NCBI GenBank assembly: GCA_964627215.1
Contig: CAZVIZ010000001.1
Span: 145,395-209,394, forward strand
DNA from: an uncultured Dehalococcoidales bacterium
GTDB taxonomy: Bacteria > Chloroflexota > Dehalococcoidia > Dehalococcoidales > E44-bin46
Direction: 5' to 3'
Length of the DNA: 64,000 nucleotides
The notes below the pieces were generated by a model. That model worked only from the letters and a program-made list of their open reading frames with translations, did no database searches and was not told the origin of the DNA. Shown here in pieces: positions 45,357-55,113 of this stretch. Each line of letters begins with the position of its first letter. Position 1 is the first letter of the stretch. The position numbers were made by a program, and so were the translations under genes.

Positions 45357-46901
45357 TTGCGAGCTATCGTTAGTGTTTCCGACAAAGAGGGCGTCGCCGA
45401 TTTCGTTCGGGGCATAGCCAGCCTTGGCTATGAAATCTTCAGCACTGGGGGCACCAAGCGGACGCTCTCCGATGCCGGTGTTGAGGTTAAGAGTGTCTCC
45501 GATATAACGGGTTTCCCTGAGATATTAAACGGTAGGGTCAAGACGCTTCACCCTGCCGTGCACGGCGGGCTGCTGGCACGGCGCGACCTGCCCGCCCATA
45601 TGACGGAGCTTGAGAACAATGATATAGAGCCTGTGGATATGGTGGTGGTTAACCTGTATCCCTTCGTCAAGACGGTGTCTAAAGAGGGGGTTAGTTTAGA
45701 GGAGGCGCTTGAGAACATAGACATCGGTGGGCCTACGATGCTGCGTGCCGCTGCTAAAAACTTCCCCTCCGTCATCGTGGTGGTGGATCCTGCTGATTAC
45801 CCCATCGTTCTGAAAGGGCTTGAGGGTGGGGGGCTGGACCAGGACGCCCGCAAGCGCCTGGCCCAAAAGGCCTTCCAGCACGTGGCCTCCTACGATACCG
45901 CCATATCGGGCTATCTGGCCGGGGATACGAAGGGCTTCCCTCAGGAGACGACCCTGGCGCTGGAGAAGCGCTTTGGGCTGCGCTATGGAGAGAATCCACA
46001 TCAGGAGGCAGCCTTCTATGCCGAGCGGGTGGTGGGTTCGCAGCACGATACGGGCATAACCTGGGCCGAGCAGATGGGGGGCAAGGCGCTCTCCTTCAAT
46101 AACATACTTGATGGAGATGCTGCCTGGAGGGTGGTGGTAGACTTCGCCGCCCCCACGGTTTCCGTAATAAAGCACACCAACGCCTGCGGCCTGGCCAGCC
46201 ACGAGGACCTCTTGGAGGCCTATCGCCGCGCCCTGTCCGGCGACCCTGTGGCCGCCTTCGGCGGCATAGTGGCCGTGAATCGTAAGCTCACCGCCGCCGT
46301 GGCCGCCGAGATGAAGAGCATGTTCTACGAGATAGTCATCGCCCCGGAATATGAGGACGGGGCACTTGAGATATTGAAGCAAAAGAAAGATCTGCGTATA
46401 CTGGCTGTTCCCCTGCCTCCGGGTTATGGGGAGGCCGTGTCGGGTTATCTGGACTACCGCTGCGTTAAGGGCGGCATGCTCGTCCAAGGTTCGGACTCCC
46501 TGCCCGAGAGCGACGTGGAGTTTAAGACTGTAACCGAGCGAAAACCCACCGAAGCCGAGGTCGCTGACCTGCTCTTTGCTTGGCGTGCTGTTAAGCATAT
46601 AAAGTCCAACGCCATACTGCTGGCCAAGGACAAGGCCATAATGGGAATGGGGGCGGGGCAGCCCAGTCGCATCGTGGCCGCACGTATCGCCAAGGAGAAG
46701 GCGGGCGACAAGACGCGGGGCAGTGTGCTGGCCTCCGATGCCATGTTCCCCTTCCCTGACGTGGTGGAGGCGGCGGCGGAGGGTGGAGTGACCGCAATCG
46801 TCCAGCCTGGAGGCTCGCTTAAGGACAAAGACTCCATTGCCGCTGCCGATAAGCATGGGCTGGCCATGGTGTTCACCGGCCGGAGGCACTTCCTGCACTA
46901 A
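45357..46901 (+). CDS. purH: bifunctional AICAR transformylase / IMP cyclohydrolase
   Basis: MRAIVSVSDKEGV...TGGT...VVVNLYPF...IVQPGGS. Confidence 0.95.
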   Translation: MRAIVSVSDKEGVADFVRGIASLGYEIFSTGGTKRTLSDAGVEVKSVSDITGFPEILNGRVKTLHPAVHGGLLARRDLPAHMTELENNDIEPVDMVVVNLYPFVKTVSKEGVSLEEALENIDIGGPTMLRAAAKNFPSVIVVVDPADYPIVLKGLEGGGLDQDARKRLAQKAFQHVASYDTAISGYLAGDTKGFPQETTLALEKRFGLRYGENPHQEAAFYAERVVGSQHDTGITWAEQMGGKALSFNNILDGDAAWRVVVDFAAPTVSVIKHTNACGLASHEDLLEAYRRALSGDPVAAFGGIVAVNRKLTAAVAAEMKSMFYEIVIAPEYEDGALEILKQKKDLRILAVPLPPGYGEAVSGYLDYRCVKGGMLVQGSDSLPESDVEFKTVTERKPTEAEVADLLFAWRAVKHIKSNAILLAKDKAIMGMGAGQPSRIVAARIAKEKAGDKTRGSVLASDAMFPFPDVVEAAAEGGVTAIVQPGGSLKDKDSIAAADKHGLAMVFTGRRHFLH

Positions 46902-46918
46902 GCGCCTCGGAGGAATAT

Positions 46919-48436
46919 ATGGCCGCAAAGGCCGTCCTGGTAATAGATATGCTTAGGGGGTTTCTGGAGGAAGGATACCCCCTATACTGCGGCCGCGCGG
47001 CACGTCGTATCATACCTCGTGTACAGGCACTCCTGGAGGGCGGCAGCATTTTCTTCGTCTGCGACCGCCACGGCTCGGATGACCCTGAGCTTGCCTCTTT
47101 CCCCCCACACTGTATTGAGGGCACCGCCGAGGCCGAAATTATCCCTGAACTTTCAGGTTATAAGGGCGAGGTGATACCCAAGAGGGGCTTCAGCGCCTTC
47201 CAGGACACTGATCTGGCGGATAGGCTTGAAAGTGCGGGGATAACCGAACTGGTGGTCTGTGGGGTGCGCAGCGATATCTGTGTTCTTCATACCGTCGCCG
47301 ATGCCCGAGCCCGCGGCTACGATGTGGAAGTGCCGCTTGATTGCGTGGCCTCCCCCGACGAGGAGGGGCACCGCTTCGCGTGTAGGCACATGGAAAGGGT
47401 GTTGGGGGCCAGGGTGCTCGTTACTTTGGAGGCTGACGTGGGGCCGCCACGTTTCCATACCAGCGGGGCGGTGCTCTCTGGATACACCGCCGATGTCTAT
47501 TTCGCCCATACGGTTGACATAATGCGCAAAGAGGGGCTTAACCCCGTCGCCGTTATGGAGTTCTTCACCCGCCGCGCTGGTGTGTTCTGCGGCGTGGAGG
47601 AGGTTAAGGCGCTCCTTAACTGTGTCCTTCCCCCTCAGGAGAGCGAGGTTTGGGCGCTTGAGGAGGGCGATGCCATGGGGGATCGGGATGTGGTGTTGCG
47701 CATAAAGGCTCCCTATATGAGCTACGGCCTCTACGAGACGGCCATAGATGGCATGATGGCGCACTCAAGCGGTTGGGCAACCGCCGCTCGCGAGTGCGCG
47801 GAGGCGGCGGGTGGACTGCCGGTGGTTAGCTTTGGCGTGCGCCACGTGCACCCCGGCGTGGCCGCTGTTATGGACTATGCCGCCGTGGTAGGCGGCTGCC
47901 GTGGCTGCTCCAGTATCGCCGGGGCGGATCTAGCCGGCATAGAGACATCTGGGACCATGCCCCATGCCCTTATCCTTATTATGGGGGATACGGTTAAGGC
48001 CACACTGGCCTTTGATAGGCATATGCCGCCTTCCCTCCCGCGCGTGTCCCTGGTGGACACTTTTCGTGATGAGGCCGAGGAGAGTCTGCGGGTAGCGCAG
48101 GCGCTTGAGGACAGGCTTGATAGCGTGCGGCTGGACACCCCGGGGGAGTTGGGCGGAGTCACCCCGGAGATGGTGAGCAGGGTGAGAAGCACCCTGGACT
48201 CGGGTGGGTTTAAAGGAGTAAAGATATTCGTAAGCGGCGGAGTTACCCCAAAGCGCATAGCCGACTTTATTGAAAGCGGCGCCAGGGTGGACGGGTTCGG
48301 GGTGGGGAGCTATATAAGCGGCGCTGCGCCCATAGATTTCACTGCTGATCTCCACGAGGTCGACGGCAGGGCCATAGCCAAGCGGGGCAGAACCCCGGGT
48401 ATAACGGCTAATCCCCGCCTTAGGCGGATTATGTAG
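46919..48436 (+). CDS. fusion protein: isochorismatase-family nicotinamidase (PncA-like) N-terminal domain plus nicotinate phosphoribosyltransferase-family C-terminal domain
   Basis: The N-terminal half has VLVIDMLRGF...VVCGVRSDICVLHTVADA (isochorismatase fold with the catalytic Cys region). The C-terminal ~330 aa has GTMPHALI...RLDTPGE...VSGG, typical of archaeal-type NAPRTase-family proteins. Confidence 0.7.
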   Translation: MAAKAVLVIDMLRGFLEEGYPLYCGRAARRIIPRVQALLEGGSIFFVCDRHGSDDPELASFPPHCIEGTAEAEIIPELSGYKGEVIPKRGFSAFQDTDLADRLESAGITELVVCGVRSDICVLHTVADARARGYDVEVPLDCVASPDEEGHRFACRHMERVLGARVLVTLEADVGPPRFHTSGAVLSGYTADVYFAHTVDIMRKEGLNPVAVMEFFTRRAGVFCGVEEVKALLNCVLPPQESEVWALEEGDAMGDRDVVLRIKAPYMSYGLYETAIDGMMAHSSGWATAARECAEAAGGLPVVSFGVRHVHPGVAAVMDYAAVVGGCRGCSSIAGADLAGIETSGTMPHALILIMGDTVKATLAFDRHMPPSLPRVSLVDTFRDEAEESLRVAQALEDRLDSVRLDTPGELGGVTPEMVSRVRSTLDSGGFKGVKIFVSGGVTPKRIADFIESGARVDGFGVGSYISGAAPIDFTADLHEVDGRAIAKRGRTPGITANPRLRRIM

Positions 48437-48462
48437 TATTATAATATCGTGGGGGTGTTCAT

Positions 48463-49305
48463 ATGAAGAAACAGGATAAAACAAACGAGGATATTAAGAA
48501 GCAGGTCAGGCAAGGCTACGCTGAAATAGCCGACGGCGGTTCCTGCTGTGCCCCGACGGCGAAGACCTGTAGCTGCAATAGCCAACCGCAGGCCGTTAGC
48601 GAGAGTGTGGGCTACAGCGTGGAGGAGCTTCGCTCCATACCTAAGGATGCCGTGATGGGCCTGGGTTGCGGCAACCCTGTGGCGCTGGCTTCCCTTAAAG
48701 ACGGCGAGGTCGTTTTGGACCTGGGCAGTGGCGGCGGCATAGACTGTTTTCTGGCGGCCAACAGGGTGGGCAGTGGGGGCAGGGTGATAGGCGTGGATAT
48801 GACGCCGGAGATGCTGGACAAGGCCAGGGGAAATGCCGCCAAGGCAGGATATAAGAACGTGGAGTTCCGCCTGGGTGAGATTGAGAACATACCCGCTGCG
48901 GACTGCTCGGTGGACGTGGTGGTCTCCAACTGTGTTATAAACCTCTCTCCGGATAAGGACAGGGTGTTCCGCGAGGCCTTCCGTGTGCTCCGTCCCGGCG
49001 GCAGGCTGATGGTATCGGATATCGTCCTCACCCAGGAATTACCTGACTGCGTGAGGAAGTCCGTATCTGCCTATGTGGGCTGTATTGCCGGTGCCATTAT
49101 GAAGCAGGACTATCTGGCGATGGTGGCGGGGGCGGGGTTCGTGGACGTGGAGGTGCTCGAAGAGGCCCGCTTCTCCATAGACGGGCTTGAATGCGGCCCC
49201 GATGCCAAGGCGGCCATAAATAAACTGAACGTCTCCCCGGAGGAGGCGGCTTCAGCCGCCGCCTCTGTGCTGAGTGCCAAGGTGCGGGCAATAAAGCCTA
49301 TATGA
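48463..49305 (+). CDS. arsM: arsenite S-adenosylmethionine methyltransferase-like protein
   Basis: VRQGYAEIA...CC...ESVGYS...LGCGNP...VLDLGSGGGIDCF...VVSNCVINL, the ArsM family pattern. Confidence 0.8.
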   Translation: MKKQDKTNEDIKKQVRQGYAEIADGGSCCAPTAKTCSCNSQPQAVSESVGYSVEELRSIPKDAVMGLGCGNPVALASLKDGEVVLDLGSGGGIDCFLAANRVGSGGRVIGVDMTPEMLDKARGNAAKAGYKNVEFRLGEIENIPAADCSVDVVVSNCVINLSPDKDRVFREAFRVLRPGGRLMVSDIVLTQELPDCVRKSVSAYVGCIAGAIMKQDYLAMVAGAGFVDVEVLEEARFSIDGLECGPDAKAAINKLNVSPEEAASAAASVLSAKVRAIKPI

Positions 49306-49306
49306 T

Positions 49307-50116
49307 GTGACTTTAGTGATAGAGCATTCAGTCGCCCTTTTCAAGTCGTTCTTTGCCGCCCCTACTCCAATGGGCGTTGGGTTGGCCTTCGCCTTCGGCG
49401 CCATATGGCTGGCGCCGTACCGACCGCCGCTCATTAAACGGTGGTGGCTGTGGGTGATTATGGTGATAAGCGCCTTCCTGGCCCTGTTGGCTGCCTCCTT
49501 TATCCAGATACCGTGGCAGCTTACGACTGGGCGGGCCCTGGTGGGTTTCTGGGGCGAGGACGCCGTGATGAGGAACGTTTTGGTGATGGGCATACCCGCT
49601 GTTCTTATAAGCGGCTTCGTACAGGAGGCCGCCAAGCTGGCGCCGATTTTGTTCCTCTATAAACGCCGTGGCAGCAGGATAACGCCTCTTACGGGGCTTA
49701 TGATGGGGGCGGCGGCGGGCGCCGGATTCGCCGTATTTGAGGCGCAGTGGGTGCATAACATGATGCTGGCTTCCGGCTGGAGCTGGGAGTGGGCACAGGA
49801 CATAGGCCTTTTGGGATTCGTCGGCATCTGGGAGAGGTTCGTAACCGTTCCGTCCCATATCGCCTTCTCGGCGCTGGCCGGCTACGGCTTGGTGGTGGGG
49901 AAGGGGTGGCGCTTCTACGTCATCGTCTCCCTGCTGCATGCCTTCCTGAATTACAGCGCCGTCCTGATGAGGGGTGGGGTCTTGAGCGTGGTCCAGGTGG
50001 AGATATATGCCACTGTGTATGCTTCTGCCGTAACTGCCTGGGCACTGCGGTTGCGGTGGCGTCGCTTAAGGTCGGACAGGGTGGAGGGATTAGGCTCTCT
50101 TAAAGCTGAGGCTTAA
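49307..50116 (+). CDS. polytopic membrane protein, PrsW-like intramembrane protease family (tentative)
   Basis: 269 aa, multi-TM. The VQEAAKL, GFAVFEA, SHIAFSA and LHAFLNY motifs resemble the PrsW motif set, but the first Glu is replaced. Confidence 0.4.
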   Translation: MTLVIEHSVALFKSFFAAPTPMGVGLAFAFGAIWLAPYRPPLIKRWWLWVIMVISAFLALLAASFIQIPWQLTTGRALVGFWGEDAVMRNVLVMGIPAVLISGFVQEAAKLAPILFLYKRRGSRITPLTGLMMGAAAGAGFAVFEAQWVHNMMLASGWSWEWAQDIGLLGFVGIWERFVTVPSHIAFSALAGYGLVVGKGWRFYVIVSLLHAFLNYSAVLMRGGVLSVVQVEIYATVYASAVTAWALRLRWRRLRSDRVEGLGSLKAEA

Positions 50117-51499
50117 CACGCGTTTGGTTTGAGATGTAACCTTGGCGCGTTCGTCTATGCGGCTTCCTACCACCCAAACGATGTTATCCCCTGAGCAGAC
50201 CAGGGGAATGCTGTCCCTTTGGGGTTGGGGTATGCGCGTATCTATCATGAACTCCGACACCTTTTTCGTTTCCCCCATGCCCAGCGGCTGAAAGCGGTCG
50301 CCGCGGCGGCGGTGGCGTACGATGAGGTGGTCGCCCGTCTTATCCATATCCAGGTAGGCGGTTAGCCCATCTTCTGCCAGCATCTTCATGCCTTTTACTA
50401 CGCTGGCTGTTACCAGCCACCCCGAAAATGAGGTCTCGCCGGGTATGTTGAGGGCGTGTTCTCCCTCCAGGGGGAGTGGGGTGTCCTCACCCAAGCTCAA
50501 TATGTAGCGGTCGTGCTCCGTGGCGAAGCTAAGCCCCGATGGCAGCGAGACGCGCTTCCCTGCGCCCTTCATGAGCACCGCCATCATGTCCTCTATATGG
50601 CACATCTGGATATCCCGAGCGTCGCCTTTTAGCGTCTCCACAGCCATTTGAAGCAAGTATCGCCTGAGCGCCGGCGGCGCTTCCAAGATGCCCTCTTTGT
50701 TCAGCATTATCTTGTCGCCGTGTTTGGCGGCTATCTGTTCCCAAAGACGGCGGCACTCAGCTTCTATAAAGGAGAAGTCCTCGGCGGCGCTGCGGGCGGT
50801 GCGTATAAGCGCCTCCGTCGCGCGGGGGTTGTACTGCTTCATAAGTGGCACCAGCTGGTGGCGAATGCGGTTCCTAAGCGGCGAGAGGCTTCTGTTGGAG
50901 GCGTCCAGACGGGGCTCCAGGTTGTGCTCCAGGCAGTAGGCCTCGGTTTCATGCCGGGTTGTTTCCAGAAGCGGTCGTATAACATCTATAGGCCCGCCTT
51001 TGGTCTGAAGGCAGGTGCGGGATTTAAGCCCCGTAAGCCCCCTTAAGCCCGTGCCCCTAACCAGATGTAGGAGCATGGTCTCTATATGGTCGTTCTGGGT
51101 GTGGCCCACCGCCACAGCCCCGGCCCCCACAGCCTGGGTGATTTCTTGGAGGAATCCGTAGCGCACTCGGCGTGCCGCCTCCTCTAGCGAGAGCTTGGTA
51201 GCGGCACGGTGGGCACTCACGTCTCGTGCCTTCACTGTTATGGGTATGTTTAAGCCCTTTGCCAGCGCGGCGGCATAGCGGGCGTCGGCATCTGAAGCGT
51301 CGCCGCGGAGCTTATGGTTCAGGTGGGCGGCGTGAAGCTCCAGGCCTAAGTCGCCTTTCAGCCCGGCGAGGATATGAAGAAGGCATACTGAATCCGCCCC
51401 TCCCGATACCGCCACCACCAGCTTGGGTGGGGTGGGCGTGAGGCCGTTGGCCTGTATGAAGCGGAGCACCCGCTTTTCAAGCGTGTCAGGGCTTTTCAT
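50090..51499 (-). CDS. tilS: tRNA(Ile)-lysidine synthetase
   Basis: VAVSGGADSVCLLH PP-loop, 469 aa. Confidence 0.9.
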   Translation of the reverse strand: MKSPDTLEKRVLRFIQANGLTPTPPKLVVAVSGGADSVCLLHILAGLKGDLGLELHAAHLNHKLRGDASDADARYAAALAKGLNIPITVKARDVSAHRAATKLSLEEAARRVRYGFLQEITQAVGAGAVAVGHTQNDHIETMLLHLVRGTGLRGLTGLKSRTCLQTKGGPIDVIRPLLETTRHETEAYCLEHNLEPRLDASNRSLSPLRNRIRHQLVPLMKQYNPRATEALIRTARSAAEDFSFIEAECRRLWEQIAAKHGDKIMLNKEGILEAPPALRRYLLQMAVETLKGDARDIQMCHIEDMMAVLMKGAGKRVSLPSGLSFATEHDRYILSLGEDTPLPLEGEHALNIPGETSFSGWLVTASVVKGMKMLAEDGLTAYLDMDKTGDHLIVRHRRRGDRFQPLGMGETKKVSEFMIDTRIPQPQRDSIPLVCSGDNIVWVVGSRIDERAKVTSQTKRVLSLSFKRA

Positions 51500-51515
51500 G
51501 CTGTACTCCTGCCCT

Positions 51516-52166
51516 TCAGCCCGATTTCAGGATTAACCTGGTGCGGTGTATGGATTGGGGGGGCTGTTTAAAGCCCAGCGCCAGGGCCACCTGCTCCGGT
51601 CTCCCCGAGCCGTTGCTGTCGCAGCGCAGTCTCATGCATATCGCCGCCGTCCCATCGGGCTTCTCGGCCTCCAGCCACAGGTCGTCCACCAGGGCGCGGA
51701 GGTCGTAACTACGGGTTCCGGTGTCCCTCTTATGCTGCCAGGCGAACGTATCCGCCGCCATTAGCTTATCAATGGCTGTCGTTATCTCCTGGGGCGGCTC
51801 TTCTGCCGCTAACTCCACACGGTATTCGGCGAAGCGCATCTGGGCCTGGAGTGAGGGCTGGGTGAGGGGTATCTGTATGGCCTCCACTATGTCTATACCC
51901 TCCGGTAGTTGCCGCATGAGCGCCTTCATCAGGAAGTGCGGCGATACCTGCTTTACGGTGGTGATGTCCATAAGCTCGGCCTCGCTAGTTATGCCCAGCG
52001 CCAGGGGCGCCGCCAGGGATATGCGGGGATGGGGGCTGAACCCCTGGGAGTAGGCCAGGGCTATGCCGGCGCGATGGATCGCCCTCTGCCACAGGCGTAT
52101 GATGTCCAGATGGGAGATGTATTTCAGCGCCTCCCCTCGCTTGAACTTAATTCGCAGGCGGCACAT
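51516..52166 (-). CDS. DUF2344 / TIGR03936-type radical-SAM-associated protein
   Basis: KYISHLDIIRLWQRAIHRAGIALAYSQGFSPHPRISLAAPLALG. Confidence 0.75.
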   Translation of the reverse strand: MCRLRIKFKRGEALKYISHLDIIRLWQRAIHRAGIALAYSQGFSPHPRISLAAPLALGITSEAELMDITTVKQVSPHFLMKALMRQLPEGIDIVEAIQIPLTQPSLQAQMRFAEYRVELAAEEPPQEITTAIDKLMAADTFAWQHKRDTGTRSYDLRALVDDLWLEAEKPDGTAAICMRLRCDSNGSGRPEQVALALGFKQPPQSIHRTRLILKSG

Positions 52167-53430
52167 CTTGCCTGGCTTTCTCTTTGGTGAGCAATATCTC
52201 CTCTATCTTGACACCGCGCATTTTGGTTATCACTATCTTAATACCCTTGTACTTTAGCTGCTCGCCCCGCTTGGGTATGTGCCCCAGCAGGTCCAGAACG
52301 AAGCCGGCCACCGTCTCGTAGTCTCCCTCGGGTAGCTCCAGCTCCATTTCCTCATTGGCTTCCTCTATGCGCATGCCCCCGTCCACCTGGAAGGTATACT
52401 CGTTTATGGCCTCGTAGTCCTTCTCCACCTCGGCCAGTTCATCACCGAACTCGCCCACTATCTCCTCCACCAGGCGGCTGATGGTGACCACGCCGGCGGT
52501 GCCGCCATATTCGTCCACCACCACCGCCATGCGGTAGTTCCGTGCCTGCATCTCGGAGAATAGATCGTTTATATGTTTGCCCTCCGGAGTGAAATAAGGG
52601 GGGCGGGATAGGTCGTCTATTATGCTCTGCTTGTCTATGCTGCCCTTGGCCAGCCCCATTAGGACGTCCTTTATGGCCAGAGTGCCGATGACGTTGTCCA
52701 TGTTTTCCTGGTATAGCGGGAAGCGTGAGATGGGGTCCTTAACATATGTGGCGAGGAAGTCGGCCACGGTTGAACCCTTCTCTAGGGCGACTACCTCGGG
52801 GCGGGGTACCATCACCTCGCGAACGGGGCGGTCGCCGAACTCAAATACCTTATGCAGCATCTCGGCCTCGTCCTCCTCCACCGTGCCTTCCTTGTGCCCC
52901 ATGGATATCATGGTGCGTATGTCCTCCTCACTGACGATGGAGCGGGGCACCGTGGCACCCCCGGCTATTTTGCTGAAGCGGGTGGTTACCGCGCTTAAGG
53001 CCAGCACGGCGGGGGTGAAGGCCTTGGACGCAGCGGCTATGGTGCCCGCCGTCCTCAGCACCATCTTCTCGGGGTGGTGCGCTGCGATGACCTTGGGTGT
53101 GGCCTCGCAGAATACCAGCAGTATTATAGTTACGCCTACGGTGGAGATTAGCACTCCCCATTCTCCCCACGCCGCTACCGCCAACGCCGTGCCCAGGGCA
53201 GCGGCGGCGGTGTTTACCAGGTTGTTGCCGGTAAGTATGGTGGATAGGAGTCGTGCCGGGTGTTCCATAAGCTTGGCTACCAGGGCGGACTTGGGCACCT
53301 TCTCGTTTATCATCTGCTCCAGACGCACCCTTCTTAGCGAGGTGAACGCCGTCTCCGAGCTGGAGAAGAAGGCCGATGCGCTCAGGCAGGCGATAAACAG
53401 TCCCAGATAGACCCATTCAATGCTAATCAT
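52147..53430 (-). CDS. CNNM/HlyC/CorC family transporter (DUF21-CBS pair-CorC_HlyC)
   Basis: 427 aa with N-terminal TM domain, a CBS region and C-terminal GHIPKRGEQL...ITKM...I. Confidence 0.8.
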   Translation of the reverse strand: MISIEWVYLGLFIACLSASAFFSSSETAFTSLRRVRLEQMINEKVPKSALVAKLMEHPARLLSTILTGNNLVNTAAAALGTALAVAAWGEWGVLISTVGVTIILLVFCEATPKVIAAHHPEKMVLRTAGTIAAASKAFTPAVLALSAVTTRFSKIAGGATVPRSIVSEEDIRTMISMGHKEGTVEEDEAEMLHKVFEFGDRPVREVMVPRPEVVALEKGSTVADFLATYVKDPISRFPLYQENMDNVIGTLAIKDVLMGLAKGSIDKQSIIDDLSRPPYFTPEGKHINDLFSEMQARNYRMAVVVDEYGGTAGVVTISRLVEEIVGEFGDELAEVEKDYEAINEYTFQVDGGMRIEEANEEMELELPEGDYETVAGFVLDLLGHIPKRGEQLKYKGIKIVITKMRGVKIEEILLTKEKARQDVPPAN

Positions 53431-53567
53431 AGTGTATCACCACCCCCGGTTCCGAGATGTGTTTAAGACGGGTTATTATGGATTGCGCCATCATCATAGC
53501 ATCGGCCATATTGGGTGTCAAAGCAGTGGTGGTGGCGCTTGACTACCGCGTTTTGCTGTCTTCGTGC

Positions 53568-53573
53568 TATAAT
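53568..53573 (+). promoter_or_regulatory. -10 box TATAAT 8 nt upstream of the tsaD ATG (possible leaderless transcript)
   Basis: TGCTATAAT is read directly. There is no Shine-Dalgarno sequence between it and the ATG at 53582. Confidence 0.35.
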
Positions 53574-53581
53574 TTCTTGCC

Positions 53582-54568
53582 ATGAAGATACTGGGTATAG
53601 AGACGTCCTGTGATGAGACGGCGGCGGCAGTGGTCGAAGATGGGGCCACGGTGCTCTCCAACGAGATAGCCTCGCAGGTGGAGATTCACGCTCGCTACGG
53701 CGGCATTGTTCCCGAGGTAGCCTCCAGGCAGCATATCCTGGCTGTGATACCCATACTGCAGCGCGCCATGAAGGAAGCCGGGGTCGGCTGGGACAACCTG
53801 GATGGCGTGGCTGTTACCCATGGCCCTGGGCTTTCGGGGTCGTTGTTGGTGGGGGTAAGCGTGGCCAAGGCAGTAGCCCTAGCGCAGCGGCTGCCCTTAA
53901 TAGGGGTGAACCACCTGGAGGCTCATATTTACGCTAACTGGCTGGGGCGTGGGGAGGGCGATATGCCCCTCTTTCCCCTGCTGTGCCTCATCGTCTCCGG
54001 CGGCCATAGCGACCTGGTGTTGATGCGGGGTCATGGGGACTACGTGCTCCTGGGGCGCACCCGGGACGATGCCGCCGGCGAAGCGTTTGATAAGGCCGCT
54101 CGAATACTGGACGTGGGCTATCCCGGCGGCCCTGCTGTGGAGAAGGCGGCTCGGGAGGGTCAGGACACCCTGGGCTTGCCCCGCGCCTGGCTTAAGGGCA
54201 GCGACGACTTCAGCTTCAGTGGTGTTAAAACAGCCCTCCTGCGTATGGTGGAGGGGGGTGGGGTATCGTCTAAACCCGATGCCGCTGCCAGCTTTCAGGC
54301 GGCGGTGGTGGATGTGCTGGTAACCAAGACGGTGGCGGCGGCTGGGAAGCACGGGGTAAGGCAGATACTTCTGGCGGGTGGGGTAGCTTCAAATAAGTAC
54401 CTCCGCACCGCGTTAAAAAACAGTTCTCGAGTGCCGGTGCTGATACCGAAGCCGATTTACTGCACCGATAACGCCGCCATGATAGCCGCCTGTGGCTGCT
54501 ATCGCCTGGAAGCTGGAGCGGTCAGCGGCCTGGATCTGGACGTATTCCCCGGCCTTAGCCTCGTTTGA
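53582..54568 (+). CDS. tsaD: tRNA N6-adenosine threonylcarbamoyltransferase
   Basis: [17 protein letters not shown]...[11 protein letters not shown]...NHLEAH. Confidence 0.95.
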   Translation: MKILGIETSCDETAAAVVEDGATVLSNEIASQVEIHARYGGIVPEVASRQHILAVIPILQRAMKEAGVGWDNLDGVAVTHGPGLSGSLLVGVSVAKAVALAQRLPLIGVNHLEAHIYANWLGRGEGDMPLFPLLCLIVSGGHSDLVLMRGHGDYVLLGRTRDDAAGEAFDKAARILDVGYPGGPAVEKAAREGQDTLGLPRAWLKGSDDFSFSGVKTALLRMVEGGGVSSKPDAAASFQAAVVDVLVTKTVAAAGKHGVRQILLAGGVASNKYLRTALKNSSRVPVLIPKPIYCTDNAAMIAACGCYRLEAGAVSGLDLDVFPGLSLV

Positions 54569-54733
54569 TGCTCCCATAAGGATCGCTTATGGTATTTCAG
54601 GGTAGAAAAAGTGACCTTATGGGTTGTATAGAGCTATAATACATCTCCCAACCTAACTAGATAGCCGTTAATGTATGTAAACGTGTCATATTCAAGTTGC
54701 GCTCGGTGGCAGAAGTGGGGTATTATATATCAA

Positions 54734-54760
54734 TTAGCAGTCTAATCGTTAGACTGCTAA
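54734..54760 (+). promoter_or_regulatory. CIRCE (HrcA operator) variant TTAGCAGTC-N9-GACTGCTAA
   Basis: Perfect 9-9-9 inverted repeat 26 bp upstream of groES. The consensus is TTAGCACTC-N9-GAGTGCTAA. Confidence 0.85.
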
Positions 54761-54785
54761 AAACAGTAATTAAGGAGGATTCGGC

Positions 54786-55079
54786 ATGGCAATTAAGCTT
54801 GAACCATTAGCGGACCGCGTGGTGGTTAAGCCTATAGAGAAGGATGAGGTTACCAAGAGTGGTATAGTTCTGCCCGATACTGCCAAGGAGAAGCCCCAGG
54901 AGGGTGAAGTGGTGGCTGTGGGCAATGGTAGGGTAGCCGAGGACGGCAAGCGCTTGCCTATGGACGTGAAGGTGGGCGACATTGTTATTTATGCTAAGTA
55001 CGGGGGTACTGAGGTCAAGGTAGAAGAGGATGACCTGGTAATACTCCGTGAGAGCGATATTCTGGCCAAGAAGGCTTAA
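54786..55079 (+). CDS. groES: co-chaperonin GroES
   Basis: [14 protein letters not shown]...[23 protein letters not shown]. Confidence 0.95.
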   Translation: MAIKLEPLADRVVVKPIEKDEVTKSGIVLPDTAKEKPQEGEVVAVGNGRVAEDGKRLPMDVKVGDIVIYAKYGGTEVKVEEDDLVILRESDILAKKA

Positions 55080-55113
55080 AGAAGGAACTTGAAAGGTATT
55101 TAAGGAGGGGAAA

